Part shown: piece after piece, positions 1-13,000 of the stretch
Layout of the letters: each line of letters opens with the position of its first letter
How positions within the stretch are numbered: position 1 is the stretch's first letter
Assembly: GCA_043228905.1 (NCBI GenBank)
Contig: JBHGNT010000007.1
Span: 22,258,001-22,322,000, forward strand
Length of the DNA stretch: 64,000 nucleotides
Direction of reading: 5' to 3'
Origin: Azolla caroliniana
Taxonomy: Eukaryota > Plantae > Polypodiophyta
Notes under the pieces: model-generated
What the model saw: the letters and a program-made list of their open reading frames with translations, nothing else
The model's database searches: none
Told to the model about the DNA's origin: nothing
Program-made: the position numbers and the translations under genes

Positions 1-347
1 AATACAAATAAACTTTAGAAAATGCTCAGTATAGTCACCTTGGAGTACAAGATAAAAAAATGTGACATGATAATTAAAAAGAACCCATATACAATGGGTG
101 AAACGGTGAGCCCTTAACAACCCGTGTCAAGCACTTGCATTGTTAATGGATGCTCATGCACACTGAGGTAGTTTCATATTATAGAAATGGTTTACAAAAA
201 CAAGGTAAAATTATACATGGAAAAAATCAAGAATTTTTTCGTACTCAAACCTTTCCCCCCCTTCATTCAGGCTATAGATATATCTCATTCAATAATATGA
301 AGAATGAAGGTACTGTACTGTATATAGAACCTGAAGAACAAAACAGT

Positions 348-1136
348 CTATAATCTGTCTGCTATCTTTGTTAAAGCACCAGCAAGCTTGCCCAAAACAC
401 CAATCAAGCTCTCCATTTGATCTTTCCTTTGATTCCTATCGAGCTCGCTATTTACATTTTGTGACTCCAAATGGGCCGTCAAAACTTGGCTATTGGATTC
501 TAGCATTGAGTATAGTTGAGACTTGAACTCGTCGGTTTCTTCATTTGTCGAGTCACCCACTGGCCTCTTTCTCTTGCGCCGAGCATTTGCATTCGAGGCA
601 ACAACCTTGCCCTCATGTTGCATTGCATTTAATTCTCCATTATTGAACCGAGCACTGTCACACATGCCTGAAAGAAAGATAGATAGATATATTAACATCT
701 TTCACCTGAGAAACATTTGTACTGATTAGATACATATATGTAATGAATATGTATCTGTACCACATGTGTATGTATATGCATATGTATGTGTGTAATTATA
801 TGTGTGTATGTTCACCCATATGATATGCATATGCATCTGAACCTATATCACATGTATGTGATGCACATTGAACATTACATTTGCATGTATACAATAAGTC
901 TGAGTATTTTATTGCAAGTGTCCTGATGATGAAGCAAGAAGATTTTGTCTACCTGTTGGAGGGCCATGGGCAATGGCAGGGCTTTCTAGAGCTTGATTAA
1001 CCATTACTTCCTTCTCAGATGTGGGAGGCACTACATCCCCACCTATGCAACCACTATCAAAGATAACTTGGTCTCCACAGTAGGGACTTTTCCCGACCAG
1101 CGGATCAAAATAACTTTGTTCATAGCACACTTGCAT
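348..1136 (-). CDS. Trihelix ASR3-like protein, C-terminal coiled-coil part only (about 167 aa, 2 coding exons)
   Basis: Exons are 1136-953 and 667-348, joined by a phase-1 GT-AG intron (952-668) that preserves the frame (G|GC). The C-terminus QLYSMLESNSQVLTAHLESQNVNSELDRNQRKDQMESLIGVLGKLAGALTKIADRL matches the conserved end of ASR3-type trihelix factors, and RRKRKR is a likely NLS. The start codon at 1136 and a non-coding first exon ending at 1972 are inferred. Confidence 0.7.
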
Positions 1137-1397
1137 GTGATTCTCTGTCTTAGTGTGGCTACTCATCAGGAACAAATAGGGAAGATGGCTTTCAATCTTT
1201 CTAACACTGCCAACATAAACATAAGAGTAAACACAATGGAATTATGTAAGCATCACAATTCAATGATCCCCCTCTTATTTGTGACTTCATTCATAAATTA
1301 TGAAATGGTAAATGGTGGAAAACGTAGAGATTAATATGGGAAAGATCAAATACAATCCAGGAATACCTGTATCGGTAACATAAGTCATTTCTACATA

Positions 1398-2270
1398 GTT
1401 CAGTATGTGATGCCAAGTTCCATACAAATCATTCAAATCATTCAAATCATTACATAGGATACTAATCAAGTATATGATGCCAATCAAACCATATAAAAAT
1501 CATTACGTAATGTCAATCAAATCATGTTACTCCTCATGTAATGCTTATGAATCCTTATGTCATCCTCATAAATTAATCCAATCAGAATTACACCATGCTA
1601 ATCAAATTATTTGAACCATTACGATATGTCAATTAATCATTTAAATTCCACACATCCACCAATTAAATGGCTCTTTCCAAAAACATTCAGCAAGCCATGA
1701 CAAACCCACATGAACTCAAATCAAATAAAATCTTTATTAATTATCATGGAAGGCCTCCAAAAAGAATGCGCTCATAAAGAACATGCTGGAGCAAATATGA
1801 AACAAACGAGAACCAAATTTAATATATGCCCAATAAAAGAAAATCCCAAACACGTTCTGTGATTACCATACCATATTTTTCTGAACCCTACTGGAAATTT
1901 TCCTAATTTCGTGCAACATTTTCGGAATAAAAAGAAAACCCAAAAGGCACACATACAGGCACACACCTGACCTTGAAGGAAGAAACCCTATATGGGCGAG
2001 ATGGCAGCGAGCTGGAGATTCACTCTTTGGCTATTGGTTGTAATGAAATGCAGAGAAAGGATTGAGGAAGGTTTTCTTCTTCTTCTTCTTCTTCTTCTTC
2101 TTCTTCTTTTTCTTTTGGCAAGGGTCTTTGTTTTTTTGCAATCTAGATTCTACACTGAGACATGGAACCAGAAGAAAAAACGAACATAGGAAACCCTAAC
2201 TAGAAGCAGTTGAGGATCAATAATCTAAACCCACAAACTGATTTTTTGTATAACTGCAAGAATAGCCCCC
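1398..2270 (-). repeat. Copy A of a duplicated promoter / first exon / first intron module (paralogous to 16880-17757)
   Basis: Collinear shared blocks include gttcagtatgtgatgcc, tcattacataggat, ccatgctaatcaaattattt, accaattaaatggctcttt, gccatgacaaacccac, ttttctgaacccta, gagctggagattcac and ttttgtataa.tgcaagaata. A splice donor lies at 1971, with telobox-like aaacccta motifs nearby. Confidence 0.8.
2074..2108. repeat. (TTC)n microsatellite in the predicted 5' UTR
   Basis: Read directly from the sequence. Confidence 0.9.
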
Positions 2271-4094
2271 CCATGAGTTTTTCAGTTGATTTTTATTGGA
2301 ACATATTCACCAGGAACAGACTCTCTCTCTCTCTCATAAGGGCCCCGATGTTACCCGGAAAATGTCGGTAGTAAAGTAATTTGGACAAACACCGCCCCGA
2401 ATTTGCCTCTCTCTCTCTCTTTCTCTCGATTAAAACTTCCAATTTAGTGATACAAGATTTACACTACTTCGAACAAATATCATCGTAGATTTTTTCGAAG
2501 CTCAAGGGTATTTCCGAGGAAATGTCTAAAAACTTGCGGGTCTTTTGGCATTTTTGCCGTACTTAATGACCTACGTCCAAGGTTTAGATAGTCCTAGCTA
2601 TCTAGGTTTGGTAGCACACCGTGTCATCGGTGTGTGAGGTTTTATAATCACAAGCTTCTATTTGTTGGTCATAGTACAGATAGGTGCATAGTAGAGTACT
2701 TGTATGTTAAAAAAACATGAAATTGGGTATGCATGCAATGGATTATAACTGTAGAAAGCAATAGAGAAGTAAGGAATTCTCATCCTTGGGAAAGTAGTTA
2801 CTAGTGTTAAATCAAGATCCAATACAAATAGGTAATTGTAGCTAAGGGCACATGAGGTTTTGAGGCCTCGAGATCAATGAATGCAATGTTGATATCCTTA
2901 GTTTAGATGTAGCATATCAAGCAAACCTAGCTATGTTATGATTCGTGTAGAAAAGGCCACTATGTCGTATTTAAATGTTTAAGCAATTATGATTGTCAAA
3001 ACACTTTTACAATATGCTCATTTGCTTGCATAATAATGCCATACTTGGTCTCCCATAGTGACATCCTCATCAAAGAAGGAAATTAGCAGGTAGGAACAAA
3101 TGAGTTAAATGTTTAACATCCTCTTCACCATTTTTTGGGTGTGCATTTGATAGGAAAGCTTAAGGAAACAAAAAACACCCATGCAAGGCAACAATTTCTA
3201 CTCCATTGTACTGTTTGGAAAAATATACTGCACTGGTTTTACCATGGAATAATGTAAAATGCTCCCTGAAATGCACATCTTCGACAAAAACATTATACCA
3301 TGGACAACAAAGTATAATAGGAAGTTTCAAACCTCAAAATCGACAAACCCTAAAGTCACATGGCCAACCATATTTTAGTCTCATAGCATTTTTGCAAACT
3401 TTAGATCTTCAAGAGAACCATGCAATGTTTCATGATTCTTATTGGATCTAGTACTCACACATACACCTAGAGTATAAATATATATCAACAATGGCACTCA
3501 TATCCATTGTTTAATAAGATCTGGAATCATCACCAATTTTGAATAGCTAATCTAAATCCACCACACACAAACAGATTTGTTTGGACGTACAAAAGTATCA
3601 TGAATTAATAATATACAAGACAGTTTACATCAAAATGTGGATACAAATATGTGATCCATGGAATTACAATATTGTCGGGCATACCGCATATTTTGATAAA
3701 AGTATGTTCAGGCAAGGCAAAGACAGATTCTTGTTCCTGTAGATCCACTAGAAGACCTGGCAAATATTCAGATGATGCAATTGCAAGATTTTCTTTCTTG
3801 ATTGAACTTCTCAAAAGTTATGGAACCCTATGGACGACTAACCATCCAGAATGAATATTTGATATAACTTCCGTACTGAATAAGTGAGTATAAATGTGTT
3901 ACCCCTGAATGACCTCAATCTACAGAGGTCCAAATCTCATCAAAGCATAAGAAGAACAAATATTGAAGGTCTAATATTTGAAGGCCTCCAATATTAAAGA
4001 TGATGCAAGTGCTAGTTTCCTTTCTTAATTGAGCATCTCTGATCAGACATTTGATTCTTGCTAAAACAAGATTGCATTATCGTCAATGAGAATT

Positions 4095-7000
4095 TTAACT
4101 GCAATACCGCAATAGCATGCCCACAACGCATCTTGCTAAAGAGCCAGCAGTAATGATTGTGGCAGCTACTGGCGTGGTAACATTCATAATCACTGCCATA
4201 TACATACATAACACACTCAATCAGCAGTATAGAATGCAAAGAATTTTCAATGAAAGAAAACAGAATAGACATTACCCTTAATTGCTATGGTGTTCGAAGA
4301 CAAAATGAACATCTCAACTATGTACACCATGAAAGGTGAGAATTCCCATACCTGCACAATGGCAGACTCTATTAAATGATGAAGTCACATAAGGTCAATA
4401 CTATCAAATAGCTAGTTGACCTCCACTCAAAGAGATATAGGGAAAAACATTTCTGGATATTAACCAGAATGCCCATTGGTTTTCAAAGATTACCGAGATA
4501 CCCATGCAGAGTAATTGTCTGAAAACACGGGTTTCTGGTAAGTAACTAGAAAGTTAGGTGTTTTTCCCTTTATCCTAAAAATACACTTATAGGGCTGCAG
4601 TATACATTATAAACCATCATTGCAAATCTAAACAGCTTGAAGTAAATACATGGAATCTACCATCATTGCGAAAGTAAACAGCTTGAAATAGCTCGAAAGA
4701 AGCAACGCGTGTAAAATGTCCACCCATCTCCTGCATAAACAACAAAAAAACACAGCCTTATCATTGTATACAAGTATTACAAATTGAGTGCAACAAAGCT
4801 TTTTTTTCATTTTTGAAACCACTATTTATTATACATGTGCTTTAAGAACAACAGATCAGTATGGTTTTTTCAAAACAAATAGATCTAGCGCTATTCTCAA
4901 CACTCAAATTTTTGAAAGTGCTAATAGCATAGAGAACATTTTCAACAAAACTCTTCAGTGCATGACTAATAATTCCAATTATAAGATTGTGGGTGGGATT
5001 GGGATTTTGATTAAGGGTGATCCCGTGAATCATAGTTGTACATGCCTTTATTTTGGTTTGTTGTTCTCAAAGACAAGACAACACTCAAGATGTAATCCCT
5101 TGTTTGGTCTTATAGGCCATTTTGGCCTCTTAAAAGACATTAATATTTCTTTCTTTCTTTCTTCAGTAATCAAAGATTCTTCTTTGCGCCTCCCCCTTTA
5201 TTGGAAAATTCTAAAAACATTTTCATTCAGATTCTAGTTCATACTTTTGATGGAGCAGTACATGAGCTGAAAACATTAGCATAGCCATTCTTACGACCAG
5301 CTATCCCATGATACTGGATAACTATATAGCAATCATGATAAGCCATTATTTCAAAATTAGCCAAGCTGCATTGATCAATTTAGGGTCGGGGGTGATTGAA
5401 TGGGTAGAGAAGCATGGATTGTACACTAGGGGCATGCAGGTTTTAGGAGGGGGGTTATTACCCTAGACCACATATCATTCAGATTCTAGTTCATAATTTT
5501 GATGGAGCAGTACATGAGCTGAAAACATTAGCATACCCATTCTTACGACCAGGTATCCCATGATGCTGGATAACTATATAGCAATCATGATAAGCCATTA
5601 TTTCAAAATTAGCCAACCTACATTGATCAATTTAGGGTCGGAGGTGAGTGAATGGGTAGAGAAGCATGGATTGTACACTAGGGGCACACAGGTTTTAGGA
5701 GGGGGTTTATTACCCTAGACCACTTATCAACGCTATGAGCTCTTGTTGAGGGTGAGCTCGTGATATGGGGATAGATCTCTTCTTGTGGTCTTCCACAAAG
5801 CAATGGATAGATTGCACTTAGCTGGACTCAAGCCACAACTGGAAGCTGCTGAAAGATGAAGGATTTGAAGAGGGGGATTTATGTACTCATTAGTCAGTAT
5901 CAGGAGAAGCCTGGGCTCCAAGAAGAGCAACACATAGTGCAACCAGGACCATTAGGATACCACAAGGATGACCCTCATCTCTCACTCTCTTTGAGCTTTA
6001 CATCCATGAGATTTCAGATTACATAGATAGATTGAGGAAGGCATCCAATAACATCTAAGGGCCTACATTCATTTTGTGATGAAAATAATTTTTCTGCAGG
6101 CGTTGGTCAGACCATGTTGACGATGTTTGACACAGCTCCCATATGGGTGAATGCTCAATATGCTGGATATCAGTTTCAACTTAGGGTGCAACATGCAGAG
6201 TAAACAAATCATTTGTATATAAATCATTCGAATGTGGAAGTAACATTCAAAAGAATCTCATTTCTCCTTGAAAGAAGCATCCACAGCGTGACACTATAGA
6301 GGTTATGTTGCGTTGGGGACACTTGAGAGACAATGAACCTATGAACAGTTCAAGGACCACACGCCAAGCTATGGCTGTTCAATACATTGGTTGCTCCTGC
6401 CCTCTTGTATGGAGTACAGTTATGGGAATCACAACTTAACAATGCACAAGATTGGAGAAACATCAGAAGGCAATTACTTTCAATGATTTCCCACATTATG
6501 AGGTGCGCAATGTCAACACCACATGAGTTAGCTAGAGCTGTGTTGGGAGCATCCCAAACAATACCAAGGCACGTTTTAAAGTCATGGCTTGTTTACATCA
6601 AATCTGGGAGTTAACTACACATCACTATCCATGGTTAGCTCTTTCCCCATCTATATAGCTAGCAAAGGAAGGTGCAACCACCAGTTGATGGTATTCAATA
6701 ATGAAAGCTTGGTCAAAGTTACTCATGATTACAGATGTTCAAATCGTTTGGTTTTAAACATTTTTCTTTTGTTACTTACATTGAAATAAATAGATGTAAT
6801 CTTTGCCAGATATCATCGCATTATGGCCCTTAAGACACGTGAATGTATCTTTCTTTCTAGATGTATCTATATTTCTTTGTTTATGTGATTGTGAAGTTTC
6901 ACTCATGTAAGTACTTGATTTCTTTTTATTACAAGTTGACTGTGCCAGTGACAACAGTGAAAATGTTTGCTAGCAGTTATTTTTTCAGAAGTTTTACTCT

Positions 7001-10000
7001 GGTGTTGGGTTCAGACTGTTGCACCTTATTATGGTGTTGGTTTCTGAGATTGTGTGATCCTTGAAATTCTCAACCCAAATTTTATCTTCAAGGAAATAGA
7101 TGCAATATGGAATCAATTTTCGAACAAATAAATTGCAAAATCTCAAATCAGCCAGAAAAAGGACATCAGAGACAAAGACAGACTATATTATGTGCTGCTT
7201 ACCATAACCTCCAAAGTGAGTCATGTCGTATCAGAAATTGCGAGGTTATCAATATTGTCAGGAAAAATACCACATTTTGAACCAAAACAAGACCCACGAG
7301 CTGGAAATGATATGAACATAAGTGTGTTAATTTATTACATAAATCTAGTAATTCAGTTTCTTAATATTGTCAATTCAATATATGATTTCTCTGAGTACCT
7401 TTCCAGCAGTTAAAATGAAGGTTAAGAAATTGTCCCATTTAATTGCATCAACTTTCTCAGATCCAATTAATGATTGTCTGCCTGTGTTAAATTTAGTCGA
7501 GATTAAGGGAAAAACATGGTAGTACACTGCCTAAAATTTGCGATCTTCCCAAACACAGAATTCTAGGCATGTTCATAAAATTCCATTATCATGGATACAA
7601 GAGTCCAATATAATGAATAGGAGACTTGTTTTAAATATTAGCCCCTGCCATAAAAACAGATTTGGGATGTTCATTATTGCAGCTAAAAAAAGGGTACCAC
7701 AGAATTGTAAACCTAAATGCACAAACTCACCTTGATGTTCAGCTTGCTTAAGTCAGGATTATTGAAGAATAAATGCCGGTATACCTCTGATTTGTGAAGA
7801 ATTAAGTCAATAAGGATAATCTGCATTACAATAAAACTCTTGCTACTCTCAAAATAATGTGATCTGAAAGAGTAAAGTGTGAATTATGAATGTGTATACA
7901 ATGAAAATGCACTCAATTAACAAGAATCCACGCTTACAAAATTGAAGATAACCTGGGAGAAAAGATTGTAAGCAATCATGAAAACATTGCAATCCATCTT
8001 AGAGTGATTGCTAGACAACTTTGATTGTGTTGGCATACATGCATCTTGGAACAGCATACTTAAAATCATTTATCAAGGAGAACAGAGATATGTAACACTC
8101 TTTGTGAAGTCATTGGATCCCACTACAAATGAACCTTAGAAAAATCTTTGGCTGTATTTGAATTAGTCCTAAATGGCCTTCATGAGACCATATCACAAAT
8201 TGAACTCTTCCCCCTATGCTGTAGGAAAATGGCTGTCTGGTCATTTCCTTAGTAGTATTGGATGATATTGCAAGTGAAGAGCCCAAATGTTCCATAAGTA
8301 TACGGATTAGTTCTGTATAGGATCTAGATAACCCAAACAAACGTAACATGGAAGAAGATTCACTGCAAAGCATTTACATATTGTCACACTCAGTGTGCCT
8401 TGTAGTGGACTGAACATATGTATTGTGAAATGCTCTCAAGAATAGCCTCCATTTCATTATGTCTCAAGTTACATTTTATAGACTCTCTCTTAGCGTGGAG
8501 GGTGTTCTCCCGCTCCAATTAGCTCTACTAATTATGGGGCTTGGTGGGGGCCTAGTTTGGGTGTGGTGCATGAGGCTTGGTAGGGGCCTAATTTGGGTGT
8601 GGTCTATGTGTGGTGCATGGGGCTTGGTAGGGGCCTAATCTAGGTGTGGTCCATGTGACCACCACAATTCCCCCTTGTAAAAAAAAAAAGTTACTGTGCA
8701 ATCGAAGCGCGACGAGGCGTGGACGACGGTTCCAGACAGGGGGATGACACGGGCGTGGGCGTAGGCATGAGTGTGGGCGGGGGCGGGGGCGGGGGCGGGG
8801 GCGGTGGTAGTTGATGGAAGGGCTTCATGCGAGACTGGTGAGCAAAGGTAGAGCAGTTGTTGGAGGCGCGGCGGAGTAGGTATGTAGTGTCGCATATCTG
8901 CTTTTGAACTTCGAAGGGACCGATCCATCGGTGCATGAGCGATTCGCTGAGACCGCGACGACAGATGGGGAAGTAGACGAGGACTTTGTCACCGACGTGG
9001 TATTGATGGTCGACACGGCCTATATCGTGTTGTCGTTTTTGGCGTAGTTGTGCCTGGTGCAGGTTGCTCGTGATGGCTTTGCGGAGGAGGGGCTGGAGTT
9101 GTTGTAGGTGGGACCACCAAGACACTGCGTTAGCGTGGAGTCGTGTGGTTGGTTGCAGGACTGCCACTTCTGGGGGTAAGCGTGGGTCCCTTCCGTAAAG
9201 GGCCCGAAATGGGCTAATGCGGGTAGAGGCTTGCACAGTTGTGTTGTAGGCATGCGTAACGAAGGGCAAGATTCGGTCCCAGGTTGAGTGCAGCGGATCG
9301 ATGTAGGCTGAGATTTGTTGTTTTAAGGTTCGATTGAGGCGCTCCGTCAACCCATTCGTTTGCGGATGGTAGGGTGACGTGAATAACTGTTGGATTCCTA
9401 GTTGTGTTGAAACGAGGCGTAGGAGCTCACCGTTGAACTGGGGTCCTCGATCGGACAAGATTTGGAGTGGGCAACCGTGGGGGAAGATGATTTTCTCCAA
9501 TAGTTTGGAGGCGATGGTCATAGCCTTTGCATCTGGGATAGCGGCCGTCTCAGCCCAACGCGTCAAGTACTCGGTGATGACGAGTATGAATTTGTTCCCT
9601 CCTTGTGACTCGGGAAAGGGGCCCATAATGTCTCATCCGACGATTTCAAATGGAACTTGAACTTGTATCGGATGTAAGAGGCCTTGAGCCACTTGAGGTG
9701 ATTTGATGGCCTGACATAAGTTGCATGCTTTGATGTAGGAGGCGACCTCGTGGCGTAGCCCAGGCCAATAGAATTTGCGACGAATTTTGTCGAGCACCTT
9801 ATGAAAACCCAAGTGGCCGGACAACGGGTGATCGTGGAAGAAACGAAGGTAAGACTGGCGTAGTTGCTCAGGCACGTAGACTCGGGGTTCTTTGCCTACT
9901 TGACAAAAAAGTAGGACATTATCCTGGATCATGAATTGCTTGGTGAGGGATGATGTCGGTTCAGCTCGTAGGCGGTGGCAGATATCTTGGATTTGTTTGT

Positions 10001-13000
10001 CGTGTTGTTGCATGTTGGCCATTTGGGACGAGGATATGGGGAAATCGATTGTGTTGGAGGTGATCTGGTTCGCCTGAAAGGATATGCGGGATAATCCATC
10101 GGCGACGATGTTTTGTGGACCATGGCGATAGCGCAGAGTGAATGTGTAATCCTGTAGCGCCAAAACCCAACGAAGTAAGCAGCCGGGTGGATGAGCCTTC
10201 TTTATGAGGGAGAGCAATGGCTGATGGTCGGTTTCGACTGATGTATTTGATCCGTGAAGGTATGGGTGGAAACGATGGAATGCCCAGACGATGGCGAGGA
10301 ACTCTTTTTCAGTTGTCGAGTAATTTTGTTCGGCTTTGGTAAGTGACCGACTGATGTAGGCAATCGGGCGGAGTTGGTCGTTGTCGTCGGATTGGAGCAG
10401 GACCGCACCAAGGCCGACATTGGAGGCATCCGTCTGCAGATGGAAAGGCTTCGTGAAATCAGGGTGGGCCAGGAGGTCAGAGGCTTGGAGTGTTCTCTTG
10501 AGCTGCAGGAAGCTGGATTCGCAGGCTTCGGTCCACAGGAAGGGTGCGTCTTTTTGTAGGAGCGCGCGTAGTGGGGCTGACAGGTCGGCTAGCCGTGGGA
10601 TGAAACGAAGAGAGAACGTGAGGAGGCCGAGGAAGCGTTGAAGCTGCTTGACTGTGGTGGGGCGTGGGAATTTTTGGACTGCTTCTGTCTTCTCCGGGTC
10701 CATTTGTATTCCGTCGGAGGAGATGACGTACCCAAGGAAGCGGAGGCACGTACTACCCCATCGGCACTTCTTCCATTGCAGCTGCAATCGATAGCGTTGA
10801 ACACAAGTTAGGACCTCCCGAAGGACTTGAAGGTGTTCTGCCCAAGTGCTTGTATGTACCAGAATATCGTCTAGATAGACGATGACGACACGGCGGGTGA
10901 TGAGATCATCGAAGATGGCATTAGCCATTCGCTGGAATGTGCTCCCCGCATCAGATAGGCCAAAGGGCATCCGTGTGAACTGAAAAATGCCTTTCCTAGT
11001 GCGGAATGCAGTTTTGTGGGCATCGTGAGGATTCATCGGGATCTGCCAATATCCCGAGGCTAGATCGAGGGAGGTGAAGTACTTTGATTTGCCAAGCTGG
11101 TCGAGGAGGTCATCGATACGAGGGAGAGGGTATCGGTCATGGGTGGTGACATGGTTCAGTTGTCGGAAGTCGACACAAAAGCGGTAAGAACCATCCCCTT
11201 TCTTTACCATGTGTGGTTCCGAGATCCACTCGCTCTTGGAAGGTGTGATAATCCCTTGTTGAAGCATAGTTTTGACGGCGTTGTCGATGCGCTCGTGGTC
11301 GAGAGGCGAGCGACGTCGGGGAGCTGCGTTGATGGGGCGGGCGTTGCCTGTAGGAATCGTGTGGTGAATCGGAAAACGGACCGAGGGAGGTTTTACAGGT
11401 GGTGTAGACAACGAGGGAAAGGTGGCGAGGAGCCATCTGATGTCGTTGATGCGCTCCGCCGGTGATATCAGGTACTGTGTGTTGCTGATGTGGGTGGTAT
11501 CCCGCGGAGTAGTGAAGAGCGCGATCGGAATGTGATTTGGGAGGATGAGCTGTTGTGCGGAGAAATCGAGACAGGCTCGACTATGGAGGAACCAATCACA
11601 TCCCAAGGTGATTGAGAACAACTGGCGCGGGAGGACGTAGAAACGATGGTGGATCTGGGCGGAACTAATGGTGAGCATGCACCTGACTTGCGTATGTGAG
11701 TGGTACACCCGTTGTTGGTCGCCGAAGAGGATTTTAATGGGCGGTGCGTGGCTCGTGGGAAGTTGTAATTGGGTGACTAAATCTGCGCTGATGGAAGAGA
11801 TGCTGCTGCCGGAGTCGAGGAGAACTTCTTGGGTCGTGTGCTGGAAGCGGGCGATTGTGGTACAAACGGGCGAAGTTGATGAAGTGGAGGCGTGGACGTG
11901 CGGGGGCGGCTTGATCGTGGGAGAAACGGGAGAAGTTGAGGACGTGGAGACGTGGACGTGCGGGGGCGGCTCTCCCTGCAGCACCCCGCGCATTAGTTTT
12001 CCGGGAGCTCAGAGAGGGAGGCAGCGTCAGCCAATTGGACGTTTTGCTTCTGATTGGTGATTCTGCCACTTTCGGCAGTGACGCCGAATGTGGCCATAGT
12101 TGTTGCAGTAGAAACATTTGGGGCGTCCCTGGCTGTCTCGTTCGGGCAATGCACGCTTGGCACGTAATTGCGCGTTCTGGATGTCGATGTCCATGGGAGT
12201 GACGGCTGGTATAGTGTTTGTATGATCATGACTGAGATTACCTGGTGTGTGCATGTCGTGCGCGTCTGCAGCTTCGATGCATTGGGCAGTGAGGATGGCT
12301 TCGTGTAGTGTCGTCGGGCCTTGATCGCGTACACGGCGGCGGAGGTCATGTCGTATACGCGGCCAGAAAAAAAACAACTTCATGTCCTCCGACATGTTGG
12401 CGTCAGCCCGGCGTAGGATCTGCACAAAACGAACCGCGAACTGGGTGATGGGTTCGCGTGGTTGTTGGGTAATTGACTCAAGATGTTGTAGGACCGTCTG
12501 GCGGGAGTCTTGATGAGCAAAATTCCGAATCATGGCTGCCCGTAACAGATCCCAGTCGTTGCGTGTCTCTTCGGGTTGTTGTACAAGCCATGTTGCCGCG
12601 ATATTCTCGAGGAGTGTCTTCATCTCCATTGCCTTCCGAGGGTGTGGCCACTGGTGGTAACTGGCCACCATTTCGAAATGATCCAGCCAAGAGAGGACGT
12701 CTTCCGATGGTAGGCCGGAGAACGGTTTTGGGCGAACTCGAGAGTCCGGGAGATTTTGTTGTGGCTCGGATCGTGCTGAAAGAAAGGACAACATGGCTTG
12801 GTTAGTATGGTTAACTTGTAAAATGATGTTGGACAGAGCTTGAACCAGTTGGTCGATTGGCGATGTGGGCTGGTGTCCTTGATTGTGTTGTAGGAATTCC
12901 GGATTCATCGAGTTTGCGTTGCCGTCGTTGTTGTCGTGTTGCATCGTGGCGGGCGTTGTTGGGGTCGTGAGTTGGGGTGGCTTGGCCCGTCTTCTCCACC

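Noticed and set aside
1400-1720. Intronic snoRNA cluster in the conserved first intron
   Set aside because: TGAT-rich repeats are present, but I could not identify a convincing box C/D pair with a terminal stem or rRNA complementarity.
8419-8423. Both LTR elements are preceded by TGTAT, suggesting a shared target preference
   Set aside because: The TSD lengths differ (4 vs 5 bp), the lineages differ, and the motif is common in AT-rich DNA. Two cases are not evidence.
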